Origin: a virus
Strand: one strand, 5' to 3'
DNA length: 64,000 bases
Virus record (IMG/VR): IMGVR_UViG_3300044641_004197
Coordinates: 8,265 to 72,264 of that record
The notes below the pieces were generated by a model. That model had not been told where the DNA came from. It saw only the letters and a program-made list of their open reading frames with translations, and ran no database searches. The position numbers and the translations under genes were made by a program. Below, piece after piece: positions 50,265 through 58,987 of this stretch (within the stretch, counting starts at the first letter, position 1; each line of letters opens with the position of its first letter).

Positions 50265-50890
50265 TTTTTAGGACGGATCATTATTTTGCCTATGTCTTCG
50301 ACATATCTGGCAATTCCTACTTCAGAACCTTCTTCCGTATACCAAGTAGATCCTTTATTATAGAAACCGTTTGCTTTGGCTTCTTCTAAAGAGTATTCGG
50401 TTGTTAAAATAGTTTGAACGGTCTGAGCATCAGCTTGTTTTTCTTGCGGAGTTCTCAAGTCAGGTTCTTCTTTATCCTTTTCCGCAGGAGTTTCTGGTTG
50501 TTGCGGTTCTGGTGCAGATGGTTGACTTGGTTCTTGTGGTTGTGTAGCAGGTGGTTCAGAAGATTGTGGTTCTGGTGCAAAAATATTTGCGCCTGCGGCT
50601 TTCTTGGGATTTTCTTCAAAGTGAGTTCCACGAGAAATTGCTCTTTGTTTATATTCCGGTGTGGGGAATGTTACGAGAAGACCCGCAGCATTATAAGCTT
50701 GTCGTTCAGGATATTTACCCTCAACCATCGCATTTCTTATTTCGGCAGATGATGACTCATCCAAATTCAAAGTGGTTTCCAAATATTCTTGTAGAATATT
50801 CAAATGGTCATTATTTTCCATCGAAAAAATGCCGTCTTTTATGCGTGAGTCAAGACAAATGTTCTCTATTATATAAGATAGTATGTTCAT
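50261..50890 (-). CDS. Hypothetical protein with Pro/Glu/Gln linker
   Basis: 209 aa, coupled to its neighbours. Confidence 0.7.
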   Translation of the reverse strand: MNILSYIIENICLDSRIKDGIFSMENNDHLNILQEYLETTLNLDESSSAEIRNAMVEGKYPERQAYNAAGLLVTFPTPEYKQRAISRGTHFEENPKKAAGANIFAPEPQSSEPPATQPQEPSQPSAPEPQQPETPAEKDKEEPDLRTPQEKQADAQTVQTILTTEYSLEEAKANGFYNKGSTWYTEEGSEVGIARYVEDIGKIMIRPKK

Positions 50891-50891
50891 A

Positions 50892-52043
50892 TTAACCTAA
50901 TGTTACTTGCGGTCTTACAAATTGGTTTATTGCATTAAATTTAAAGTTCGGAGGATTAATCAAGAATTCATTCTTTTCATTGATTATCATTATTTCAACA
51001 CCTGCGTTTCTATACTTTTCGTTCAATTGAACAACCATTTGTGTTTGAAATATTTCTGATTTAGGATACTTCTTCAAGAATACACTTAACAAAGAATTGA
51101 CATCTTCAGCAAATGACGTTAATTCTTCAGTGTCTTGAGTATCTTCTGTTTTTTCAATAGTGGTTTGGTGTTTTCCCGATTGAAGCGCTTTCTTCAAATC
51201 ATCAAACGAAATCTTAAAGAATACATCTTTATCTATATCATTTGCTTTGAATACGAAACTTTTACCGGCAGTTTTTTCTGATGACAAACTCTTTTGTGAT
51301 TTTTCGTAAACTACATAGTTACGAAGTTGTTCGATGAAATCATAAAAAGCATTTAATTTTTTAAGAGTAACAGATGCTTCTGATCCGTCCATTAATGCAT
51401 CATATGCATTTGACATCTCTTGAATCTTTTCACCGTCTTTATATTCTTTGGATGTAAATAACTTTTTAAGACCGAATGTTACGTATCTAAAAGAGTTGAT
51501 AGTGTCTAAGTCAATATTAGTTCCAAATCGAATTGTATCTTTTGCCTTCTTAATCTTTTTGATTTCGTATTTCTTTTCACCGATTTGAATATCACCTTTA
51601 TCGCCGATAATCTTTTTGGAATCAGGCAATAATAAATAAAAAGCAAACTCACCCTGACCTATCTGATTCTTTTCATACACAATCAGAGACGGATTTTCTC
51701 TCAAGAATTGAAACGTAGCATCTATCGTTTGATTTGTTTTTCTAAACTCTCTGACATAATTAACCAAAAGTTCCAAATCTTGAGCAGATGGTTGAGTCTT
51801 AAAGAAAGACATGTATCTTTTCTTTACATAGTTTACGATTTCTTCTGTAGTATCAGGAACAACTGACCCCTCCGCTTCAAAAAGTTCATTTAATCTTTTT
51901 CTATCAAACAAAGAAATGTATTTATTTTTAATCAAAAAAGATTCGAAGTGAAATAAATCTTCGGAATTTTTTATATTAAACTTCAGTCCTCCATCTTTTC
52001 TTGATATAAAGTATTCTTGTAGGATATCATCAATTGTTAACAT
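50892..52043 (-). CDS. Hypothetical protein with PD-(D/E)XK-like motif
   Basis: IGQGEFAF...KGDIQIGEKKYEIK. Confidence 0.55.
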   Translation of the reverse strand: MLTIDDILQEYFISRKDGGLKFNIKNSEDLFHFESFLIKNKYISLFDRKRLNELFEAEGSVVPDTTEEIVNYVKKRYMSFFKTQPSAQDLELLVNYVREFRKTNQTIDATFQFLRENPSLIVYEKNQIGQGEFAFYLLLPDSKKIIGDKGDIQIGEKKYEIKKIKKAKDTIRFGTNIDLDTINSFRYVTFGLKKLFTSKEYKDGEKIQEMSNAYDALMDGSEASVTLKKLNAFYDFIEQLRNYVVYEKSQKSLSSEKTAGKSFVFKANDIDKDVFFKISFDDLKKALQSGKHQTTIEKTEDTQDTEELTSFAEDVNSLLSVFLKKYPKSEIFQTQMVVQLNEKYRNAGVEIMIINEKNEFLINPPNFKFNAINQFVRPQVTLG

Positions 52044-52047
52044 ATAG

Positions 52048-52063
52048 TATAAATATATAAATA
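52048..52063 (-). promoter_or_regulatory. Tandem TATTTATA putative late promoter motif
   Basis: Two copies, the nearer 4 nt before the ATG; the same motif occurs at 40473, 61525, 62949 and 63561. Confidence 0.55.
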
Positions 52064-52084
52064 TTTATTGAAATTTTGAATTTC

Positions 52085-53434
52085 TTATATATCAACAAGT
52101 TTCATGTCATTATAATTAACACCCATATAACTTTTGGTAGGAAACTTTCCATTTTCCATCAAAGTCTTTATTTGACCAAAACATTCTTTTTCTTCCAAAC
52201 AAACGTCAAACAAAATACTATCATACGTATACAATATAGCTTTTGTTTGTTTATTGTTTAGATATTGATTTACACTAGCTAATGATTGTATACCAAACTC
52301 AGTTTCACTTGCTTGTAGAATATAGTTAAATAACTTATTTGGGTTGGGTTCGTATATATGATTTGTGGTGATCTGTCTCTTAAAGATCGGAGTTTCTACA
52401 TATTGGTATCTATTAAAGAAATCCCATCTATGATCAATATATTCATTCATCTTTTTATAATAAGGAATCTCCAACAATTCGTCTGGTATGTTACCATACA
52501 TACACTGAAAAGTAACATTCTTAGCTGTTTTAATCTCCTCAGATGTTAATTGTTCTTTTCCGTAATAATACCGTCCAAGATATTCGTAAGCATTTGACGG
52601 TAGATTATAATTAATTAACTTTGCTACCAAATGTGGATGATACGCACTATAATCAATCATAAATAGAATACCGTCCTTTCCGAATCTACTTATGAAACTA
52701 CTACGACACCCATTCTCCTTGTTTAAGGCGCTATAGTTTACATTTCCAAACCGATTGCTAGGTCTACCCGTGGATGTATACATATTATACTGTGTATACA
52801 CAAATTCATTTATTACCTTAACGTTCTTATCTCCAAAGTGAGTATTGAAAATGTCTTCGTTAACTTTTAATCCATTCTTTTCTAGAATCTGTAGATTATC
52901 CGTTATAATTCCGTTTAAATCATTAAAACTACTGTCTAGCCTTACATTTCTAACTCGTTTCAATGATTCCACACACATTTGTTCAAATTTCTCCAAATGT
53001 TTTGTAATAGGAATAACTTTGTTTATATCACTATAGTTAGAAAACTTCTGTTTATAGAAATTATGAGATGCGGTATCGTATTCACTATAATCATCTACTT
53101 TACCATCAGAGATAAAGAATATGATATTGATGTCAAACAGATTTTGAATAGGAAGAATATGACTAAATTTCTTTTTATCAAACACCCACTTTTTACCACT
53201 CAGTCGGTTTAAATCATACTTTAACTGTTCAACATCAAGTTTAAATGATGAATCGTTGTGATTTATGGAAATGACGTTAGTTTTTTGCTTGTGAATATTA
53301 TACGAGAAAAATAAAGAAGGAATTGATACGCATGGATGAAAACGATCATCTACTTGAATTACATCGCAGATTAAATCGTCGTCTCTATTTTCTTTTAGAA
53401 AAAGTTTGTATTCGTCACTCGACCGTATGACCAT
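52085..53434 (-). CDS. Reduced family A DNA polymerase-like protein
   Basis: LEKNGLKV, TSTGRPS, motif A IDYSAYH, motif B AKNVTFQCMYG, YVET, NYILQ and motif C YTYDS. Confidence 0.85.
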   Translation of the reverse strand: MVIRSSDEYKLFLKENRDDDLICDVIQVDDRFHPCVSIPSLFFSYNIHKQKTNVISINHNDSSFKLDVEQLKYDLNRLSGKKWVFDKKKFSHILPIQNLFDINIIFFISDGKVDDYSEYDTASHNFYKQKFSNYSDINKVIPITKHLEKFEQMCVESLKRVRNVRLDSSFNDLNGIITDNLQILEKNGLKVNEDIFNTHFGDKNVKVINEFVYTQYNMYTSTGRPSNRFGNVNYSALNKENGCRSSFISRFGKDGILFMIDYSAYHPHLVAKLINYNLPSNAYEYLGRYYYGKEQLTSEEIKTAKNVTFQCMYGNIPDELLEIPYYKKMNEYIDHRWDFFNRYQYVETPIFKRQITTNHIYEPNPNKLFNYILQASETEFGIQSLASVNQYLNNKQTKAILYTYDSILFDVCLEEKECFGQIKTLMENGKFPTKSYMGVNYNDMKLVDI

Positions 53435-53440
53435 TATAAT

Positions 53441-53469
53441 AATCTACAACAGAAACTTTGTTTTGTCAA
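53441..53469 (-). promoter_or_regulatory. Sigma70-like promoter, probably giving a leaderless mRNA
   Basis: TTGACA-17-TAGATT; 6 nt before the ATG. Confidence 0.55.
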
Positions 53470-53470
53470 C

Positions 53471-53851
53471 TTAACTTGGTTTCCAGTATTCCAGAGGATT
53501 TTTTAGAGTAGATTCGATTTCAGGAATATATTTTTTATGAATATTGATTTGATTCCGATTATATTCATATACACCTTCTTCAATTTTTATTTTATCTTTA
53601 AAAACATCATTTCTCTTTCCTGTCAATTTCCAGTTTATTGCAATTTTTATATATATATTTGTTGATATATCGGTATAATTATCACTTGCAACTTCATAAA
53701 CAATTTTATCGTTTGCTCTTTTTACAAAATATCTAGTGAAAAAACCACCGTCATAATCGCTTTCCGTTGGTATTACTTTATCATAAACAGGATAACTTGT
53801 AATAATCCCGTCATAACTAATATCTCTAGTATTATCTGGATATTCAATCAT
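53471..53851 (-). CDS. Hypothetical protein in the tail/baseplate operon
   Basis: 126 aa; PTESDY..GFFTRYFVK. Confidence 0.7.
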   Translation of the reverse strand: MIEYPDNTRDISYDGIITSYPVYDKVIPTESDYDGGFFTRYFVKRANDKIVYEVASDNYTDISTNIYIKIAINWKLTGKRNDVFKDKIKIEEGVYEYNRNQINIHKKYIPEIESTLKNPLEYWKPS

Positions 53852-53856
53852 TTTAT

Positions 53857-56400
53857 TTAGGGAGTGTTTAATTGAAATTGTGAATTCATTGTTGATTGCG
53901 TAGTTTGTTGACCTCTTTGAAGATTATAAGACGGTCTCAAAGACGCTTTTATTCTGGTTTCCCATCCATTTTCATCAAGTGTATGATTTACATCTCTAAC
54001 TTGAAAAACAACTACATCGTCTGTAAATGGAGGTGGAAGATTTTGTATTTTAAAGTATTCAAATACACGTATGCCAGCAATCCCCATCAATGTAATTTCA
54101 ATTTCAACATTTCTAATAGGTGCGCAGTATACGCCTGGATTTCCAGATTTATCGTTGTCATTTAACATATACACTAAGGCTTCTTTTTCAGGTATATATA
54201 AATCCACAATATTGTATTTTGTTCTGTCGATGGTGGTTTGCATTGTAGTTCCTCTACCACCAGCTCTTTCAGTTTTTGTAGGAAATACCTGCACTCTCAT
54301 TAATACATAATCTGGATTTCCCGGGTCAAATTTAACATATTTTTGCATTATGTTTAAAAAAGTCAACGTTGTCTCTGAATTACGTGGTTGATTTTTATCC
54401 TTATTTATTGGACCCTTTATTTTATCATAATATTGATTTTGATTTGAAAAATCAATTAAATTGTTCATTGAAAGAGATTTTTGTCCAAACGATCTATACA
54501 ATATTTGATTTGCCATTGCATTCGTAAGTGATGTTGTAAAACTCATCTTTTTTATTATAGATGTATTACTTCCGTATGAAAAAACAAAAACGTTATCCGC
54601 ATTTTGTTTGTTGGTAGGCAATTTCTGATCAACTATTTGTAATCTATTGTATGGCGTAGAAAGATTTGGATCTGTCGTTCTTATTTCCGCAACCTCAAGA
54701 TTCCAATAATCACATACAGACTCATTCATTTCTTTTAAAATTAAATCGTATACTTCTTTCATATCAATTGCATCATCATTGATTACAATCGAATCATTTA
54801 TAAAACTTACATTTATGTATACATTTTTTATTAAACCTTCACTATCAAATGAAGTTTTTCCACGTTTATTACTTGTAGATTTTCTACCATAAGCATTTAA
54901 AACACCATCTAAATTATTTCTATATACATCAGAATTATAAGTGCCTAATAAAGCCAGTGTATTATTAGCATTTGGAGGCAACTCATTAATATTATTAAGA
55001 GATATAAAATTTCTCCCCGTCGATTCCGATTTCATATACACAGAATCATTTAACCATTGTCCAGTTTTTCGTCTTTGTGTAGGATCTTCAGGAATCTCTT
55101 CGTCAAAAAACCGGGTCACGTCATCTGCATTTTGGTTATAATTTAAAGAACCTTTACCATTAAATTTTGGAGCATCTGGGTTTGGTATCAATATAGTGCG
55201 ATTGGTAGAAATTAAATTTTTATGATATCCTGCCTTTGCATTCATTACATCCATCTCAAAGAAATTTTTGAGAAAAGAATTTTCTTTATTTTGATTTTTC
55301 AATGAATTCATTATATCCACAAATAATTCAAGTGTAATATAATAATCTTTCATTGCGGCTGACTGATCGTTGCCGTTTTGAGATGTCGAATCAGAAGTCT
55401 TTTTTGATGGAAACTTGTATATATAAGAAGACAAATTTTCTAAATTTTTGCCATATTTGATACTTAAACCACCGAGCAATGTTTTGATATTATCCACCGG
55501 TTCATTTACATTTCCAGATCTTCCTTGTAACTGTTGTTGCGAAGGTAAAAATGGTTCGGCGTCGTTGGGCGTAAAATTCTTTTTCGTCAATGACACAAAT
55601 ATTTGTTGACATTGTGTTTTAAATGGCATTGCAGGACTTTCCCTTCCTGATTGTTCTGTTACTGTATTTACAGTCTTTTCGCCACGAACATTGAATCCAC
55701 TATACAACATCTGTCTAGATTTTATTTCAGTAAAACCTTTTATGATATTATCTTCAAAACTATATTCAAAGTTAGTTACATCACCTACCATAAATTCATA
55801 GTTACCCTTTGAAAGAGGAACTTTGTTTTCATATTGATAATAGTGATTTTCTACTATAGTTTTTAATTCGTTTATATCTGTATAGTTAATTAAAGATTGA
55901 GGATTAAAATTGTCCCACCCCCATTCTACAAATACAGTAATAAGAGGAGTTAACAAATAAGGCGTTATCGCTTTCAACTGATCAATAGAATGACACGTCC
56001 AGTTTAATTTGGCAGTTATAAAAAAGTTTTTCTGAACATCAGCGGTAAACGATGTAATGCCAGGCTCAGGCACATTTATTCTATATTGTGGATTTTTTAT
56101 TTGTTTTGGCGAATCATCATTTGAATATCCATATATTTGAGAATTAGATGATATTCCATATTTATCTTCAAATGTTGATGCCGATTTTAAAATTAACCCC
56201 CAACTGTTTGTATCTTGTGCGGAGTTTACACCATTTGAAAATGCACGAATCCAATGTCTTCTTGGGCCAGATAAATAATTTATACTAGTAGTTGATGGGA
56301 GTTGGCGAATACCATTAGATAAGTAATTAACTCGATTATTTAATTCTTGGACTACCCAAGGCTGAAATGGACCGGATTCCCATGGACGTTCAGATGACAT
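53857..56400 (-). CDS. Putative baseplate hub-like structural protein
   Basis: Lies after the LysM-like gene; C-terminal EITLMGIAGI...FQVRDVNHTLDENGWETRI resembles the gp27/gpD hub fold. Confidence 0.6.
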   Translation of the reverse strand: MSSERPWESGPFQPWVVQELNNRVNYLSNGIRQLPSTTSINYLSGPRRHWIRAFSNGVNSAQDTNSWGLILKSASTFEDKYGISSNSQIYGYSNDDSPKQIKNPQYRINVPEPGITSFTADVQKNFFITAKLNWTCHSIDQLKAITPYLLTPLITVFVEWGWDNFNPQSLINYTDINELKTIVENHYYQYENKVPLSKGNYEFMVGDVTNFEYSFEDNIIKGFTEIKSRQMLYSGFNVRGEKTVNTVTEQSGRESPAMPFKTQCQQIFVSLTKKNFTPNDAEPFLPSQQQLQGRSGNVNEPVDNIKTLLGGLSIKYGKNLENLSSYIYKFPSKKTSDSTSQNGNDQSAAMKDYYITLELFVDIMNSLKNQNKENSFLKNFFEMDVMNAKAGYHKNLISTNRTILIPNPDAPKFNGKGSLNYNQNADDVTRFFDEEIPEDPTQRRKTGQWLNDSVYMKSESTGRNFISLNNINELPPNANNTLALLGTYNSDVYRNNLDGVLNAYGRKSTSNKRGKTSFDSEGLIKNVYINVSFINDSIVINDDAIDMKEVYDLILKEMNESVCDYWNLEVAEIRTTDPNLSTPYNRLQIVDQKLPTNKQNADNVFVFSYGSNTSIIKKMSFTTSLTNAMANQILYRSFGQKSLSMNNLIDFSNQNQYYDKIKGPINKDKNQPRNSETTLTFLNIMQKYVKFDPGNPDYVLMRVQVFPTKTERAGGRGTTMQTTIDRTKYNIVDLYIPEKEALVYMLNDNDKSGNPGVYCAPIRNVEIEITLMGIAGIRVFEYFKIQNLPPPFTDDVVVFQVRDVNHTLDENGWETRIKASLRPSYNLQRGQQTTQSTMNSQFQLNTP

Positions 56401-56402
56401 AA

Positions 56403-56699
56403 TTATGAATTTGCTAATTTAAAACTTTGTAATATTGATGTTATATTTGTAGGAATTCTAAGTTGTTTTGTTACATCCAAACTCAATTTTCCTTTGCCTA
56501 GATTATTTGCAACCGCAATAATCCACCATAAGCTAGTATCTTTGTAATATTGGTATGCCAATGCATCCAAGTAATCATTATCTGATACAGTGATATATAT
56601 ATCAGAATCAGATTCTGGAATAACAGGATATATCAATGTTCTATAAACATTTTTTCCGTCCCATCTTTTACCTACAGTTGTATAATCATATCTGTTCAT
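56403..56699 (-). CDS. LysM-like baseplate protein (gp53/gpX-like)
   Basis: DYLDALAYQYYKDTSLWWIIAVAN...QLRIP. Confidence 0.8.
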   Translation of the reverse strand: MNRYDYTTVGKRWDGKNVYRTLIYPVIPESDSDIYITVSDNDYLDALAYQYYKDTSLWWIIAVANNLGKGKLSLDVTKQLRIPTNITSILQSFKLANS

Positions 56700-56701
56700 A
56701 A

Positions 56702-58984
56702 TTAAGCGGTCGTTAAATTATTTTCATTTATATTAACATCATTCGCAAATTGTTTTGTCGTTATCTTCTCCCATCCAAAATTATTCATCTCCCCAACTTG
56801 AGGTTTTTTAGTTTCTAATAAATTACAATCTATTGTTATGTCAGCTTCCATAGGCATTTGAGCAAATGAATCATCAGTTAACAGAGTTCCATTTTTCAAA
56901 TTATACTTGCCTTTATAATCAGCCGGAAGTGTTTCCCATGTTGCATTATCAGGTATAGCTAATCCCATATTAGTAATAACCACAGGTTGGTTAACATACA
57001 TATCGCCAATAGTTATTTTAATCAATGGTGGAACGATAAACTGATTATTAAAATATTTAGCAGGTTTAGATAAACCAAGCAAATAATTTATTCGTGTCCA
57101 CATTGGTTGTAATTCTTTAATACTCATACAAACAACCGAAAACGAAAAAGACAATGATCGTGTAAATCCTTTATAATTATATACTTTATCAGCATTTCCA
57201 ATATACTGGAAATTGTCCCAGTCACTAGTATATCTTTCATTCATTACTTTCATTGTTGCTCTAAATGGTATATACTTGCTATTAGCAATATCATAAAACC
57301 AGAATCTTATTAGATCCCTATCTTTTAAATCGGTTATATCGTTTATAACATCTGATGTATTTATCGGATCAGCTATTGACGTGTCCAATTTTTTCCCATC
57401 TTTTGATGATAATAGTTGTTCTTTTATATCTTTAAATCGTTTTATATAAGTAGAATCTGTAAATTCTTCATCAGTTATAATTGAATCAGATGATTGTGGA
57501 GAAAGTCCGTCTTTTCCCGCCGTTGTTTTTTGATTTTTTAATCTTTGCCACGAATTACTTGGTAGGTTAGAAACTCCAGAAGGGTCCGATTGAACATCCA
57601 TTAATTGAACCTGAGGATCATTTCTATTATCTAATTTCGTTGGATATGCACCTATACCACTTGGATTTGTGCCACGGATATTATTTATGTATTTATCATA
57701 ATTTGCTAAAATTTCTGATTGTTCTTGCGTTACGGAAGTGTAATATCCTGATCCTTCTTCTCCCAAATCGCCGAATGAACTTTTTTGATTGGACGGTGAT
57801 TGAACAATTCCATTATACTTATAAAAACTTGTAACTTCTTTTTTTTGTGATGGTAATAGATTTCCATCTTGATCAACGTTTGAATATTCGTAAGCGATTT
57901 TACTCTTTCCGCCATTATCAACTTTTACATAGTTAGACCATTTTTGTCTCAATCCATATTGTTGATTACCATCTTTATCTACCCAAACAAATCTAGGAAT
58001 TTTAGGAGAACTTCCAAGGAAAAAACTTTTAATTCTGCCAAATAGCCCAGGTGATGTATATTTGTCTCTTATAACTCCATTTTTAATCATTAAGTCATAA
58101 GAATTTTCATCCGCTTTATATATTGTCCCTGATGGTTGTCCTACAGGTAACAAAGATCCCAACAACGTATTAGCACGGATGTAATTTCCAATATCTAAAA
58201 ATCTGCCCAATAATCCTTTATTTCTAGGTGCCCAATAATCAGTAAACTTCTTGTAAGCTTCAGTTGCAGTAGCACCTCTCGTCAAACCTTTACCGCCGTC
58301 TTGGTGGTTTATTGGTAATGCACCAGGAAGTCTTGAACTAAATGGATTTATCGAATTTAAAAAATTAGCAGGTTGACCCGTCGCTGTTCCGGCAGGTGGG
58401 GTTGGGTTGCCACCGCCAATCAAAGATGATATTGCAGACAATCCAACTGCACCCAAAAGTCCTCCCAACGTAGGTTCAATAAATCTGGTTGGTCTTGACG
58501 ACAATCCTAAAGTTCCCGGTCTGGTTACTGCAATTATAGGAGATAGAGGATTGTATATTTTAGTTTCGTTGAATTTTTGAAATCCTTGTAATAACGTTTG
58601 TTTTACAATAAAACGAGTTCCTTCACTAGATCTTAAAAATTTTCTAATTCTTATGATATCTTCGTCTGTGGATGCTATAGGAAAATTTCTATCGTCATTT
58701 ATTTTTCTGGCATTTATTCTCGTAAAAGAACGCAAAGGGCCAACTTCTTCATTGTTAGGATTGACAGCAAAGAATGGTTGTTGTGTTACAGATCCTCTGC
58801 CTGAACCAGCAGCTTCATAATACCCAAATTTTGTATATAGTGTAGCACTGTTAGCATCAAATAAAGAAAGTATTCTATTTGGAGACGGCGTAGAACTGTA
58901 TGATCTAGGAAATACTAGACCATTTGCCGGAATTTGTGGATTGTTTGTCGTGATCAATCCATCTATGTTATTTTCATTTGCCAT
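56702..58984 (-). CDS. Putative baseplate / tail tube initiator protein
   Basis: C-terminal PFRA...YIGNADKVYNYKGFTRSLSFSF...PPLIKITIGD tube-initiator-like domain. Confidence 0.6.
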   Translation of the reverse strand: MANENNIDGLITTNNPQIPANGLVFPRSYSSTPSPNRILSLFDANSATLYTKFGYYEAAGSGRGSVTQQPFFAVNPNNEEVGPLRSFTRINARKINDDRNFPIASTDEDIIRIRKFLRSSEGTRFIVKQTLLQGFQKFNETKIYNPLSPIIAVTRPGTLGLSSRPTRFIEPTLGGLLGAVGLSAISSLIGGGNPTPPAGTATGQPANFLNSINPFSSRLPGALPINHQDGGKGLTRGATATEAYKKFTDYWAPRNKGLLGRFLDIGNYIRANTLLGSLLPVGQPSGTIYKADENSYDLMIKNGVIRDKYTSPGLFGRIKSFFLGSSPKIPRFVWVDKDGNQQYGLRQKWSNYVKVDNGGKSKIAYEYSNVDQDGNLLPSQKKEVTSFYKYNGIVQSPSNQKSSFGDLGEEGSGYYTSVTQEQSEILANYDKYINNIRGTNPSGIGAYPTKLDNRNDPQVQLMDVQSDPSGVSNLPSNSWQRLKNQKTTAGKDGLSPQSSDSIITDEEFTDSTYIKRFKDIKEQLLSSKDGKKLDTSIADPINTSDVINDITDLKDRDLIRFWFYDIANSKYIPFRATMKVMNERYTSDWDNFQYIGNADKVYNYKGFTRSLSFSFSVVCMSIKELQPMWTRINYLLGLSKPAKYFNNQFIVPPLIKITIGDMYVNQPVVITNMGLAIPDNATWETLPADYKGKYNLKNGTLLTDDSFAQMPMEADITIDCNLLETKKPQVGEMNNFGWEKITTKQFANDVNINENNLTTA

Positions 58985-58987
58985 ATG

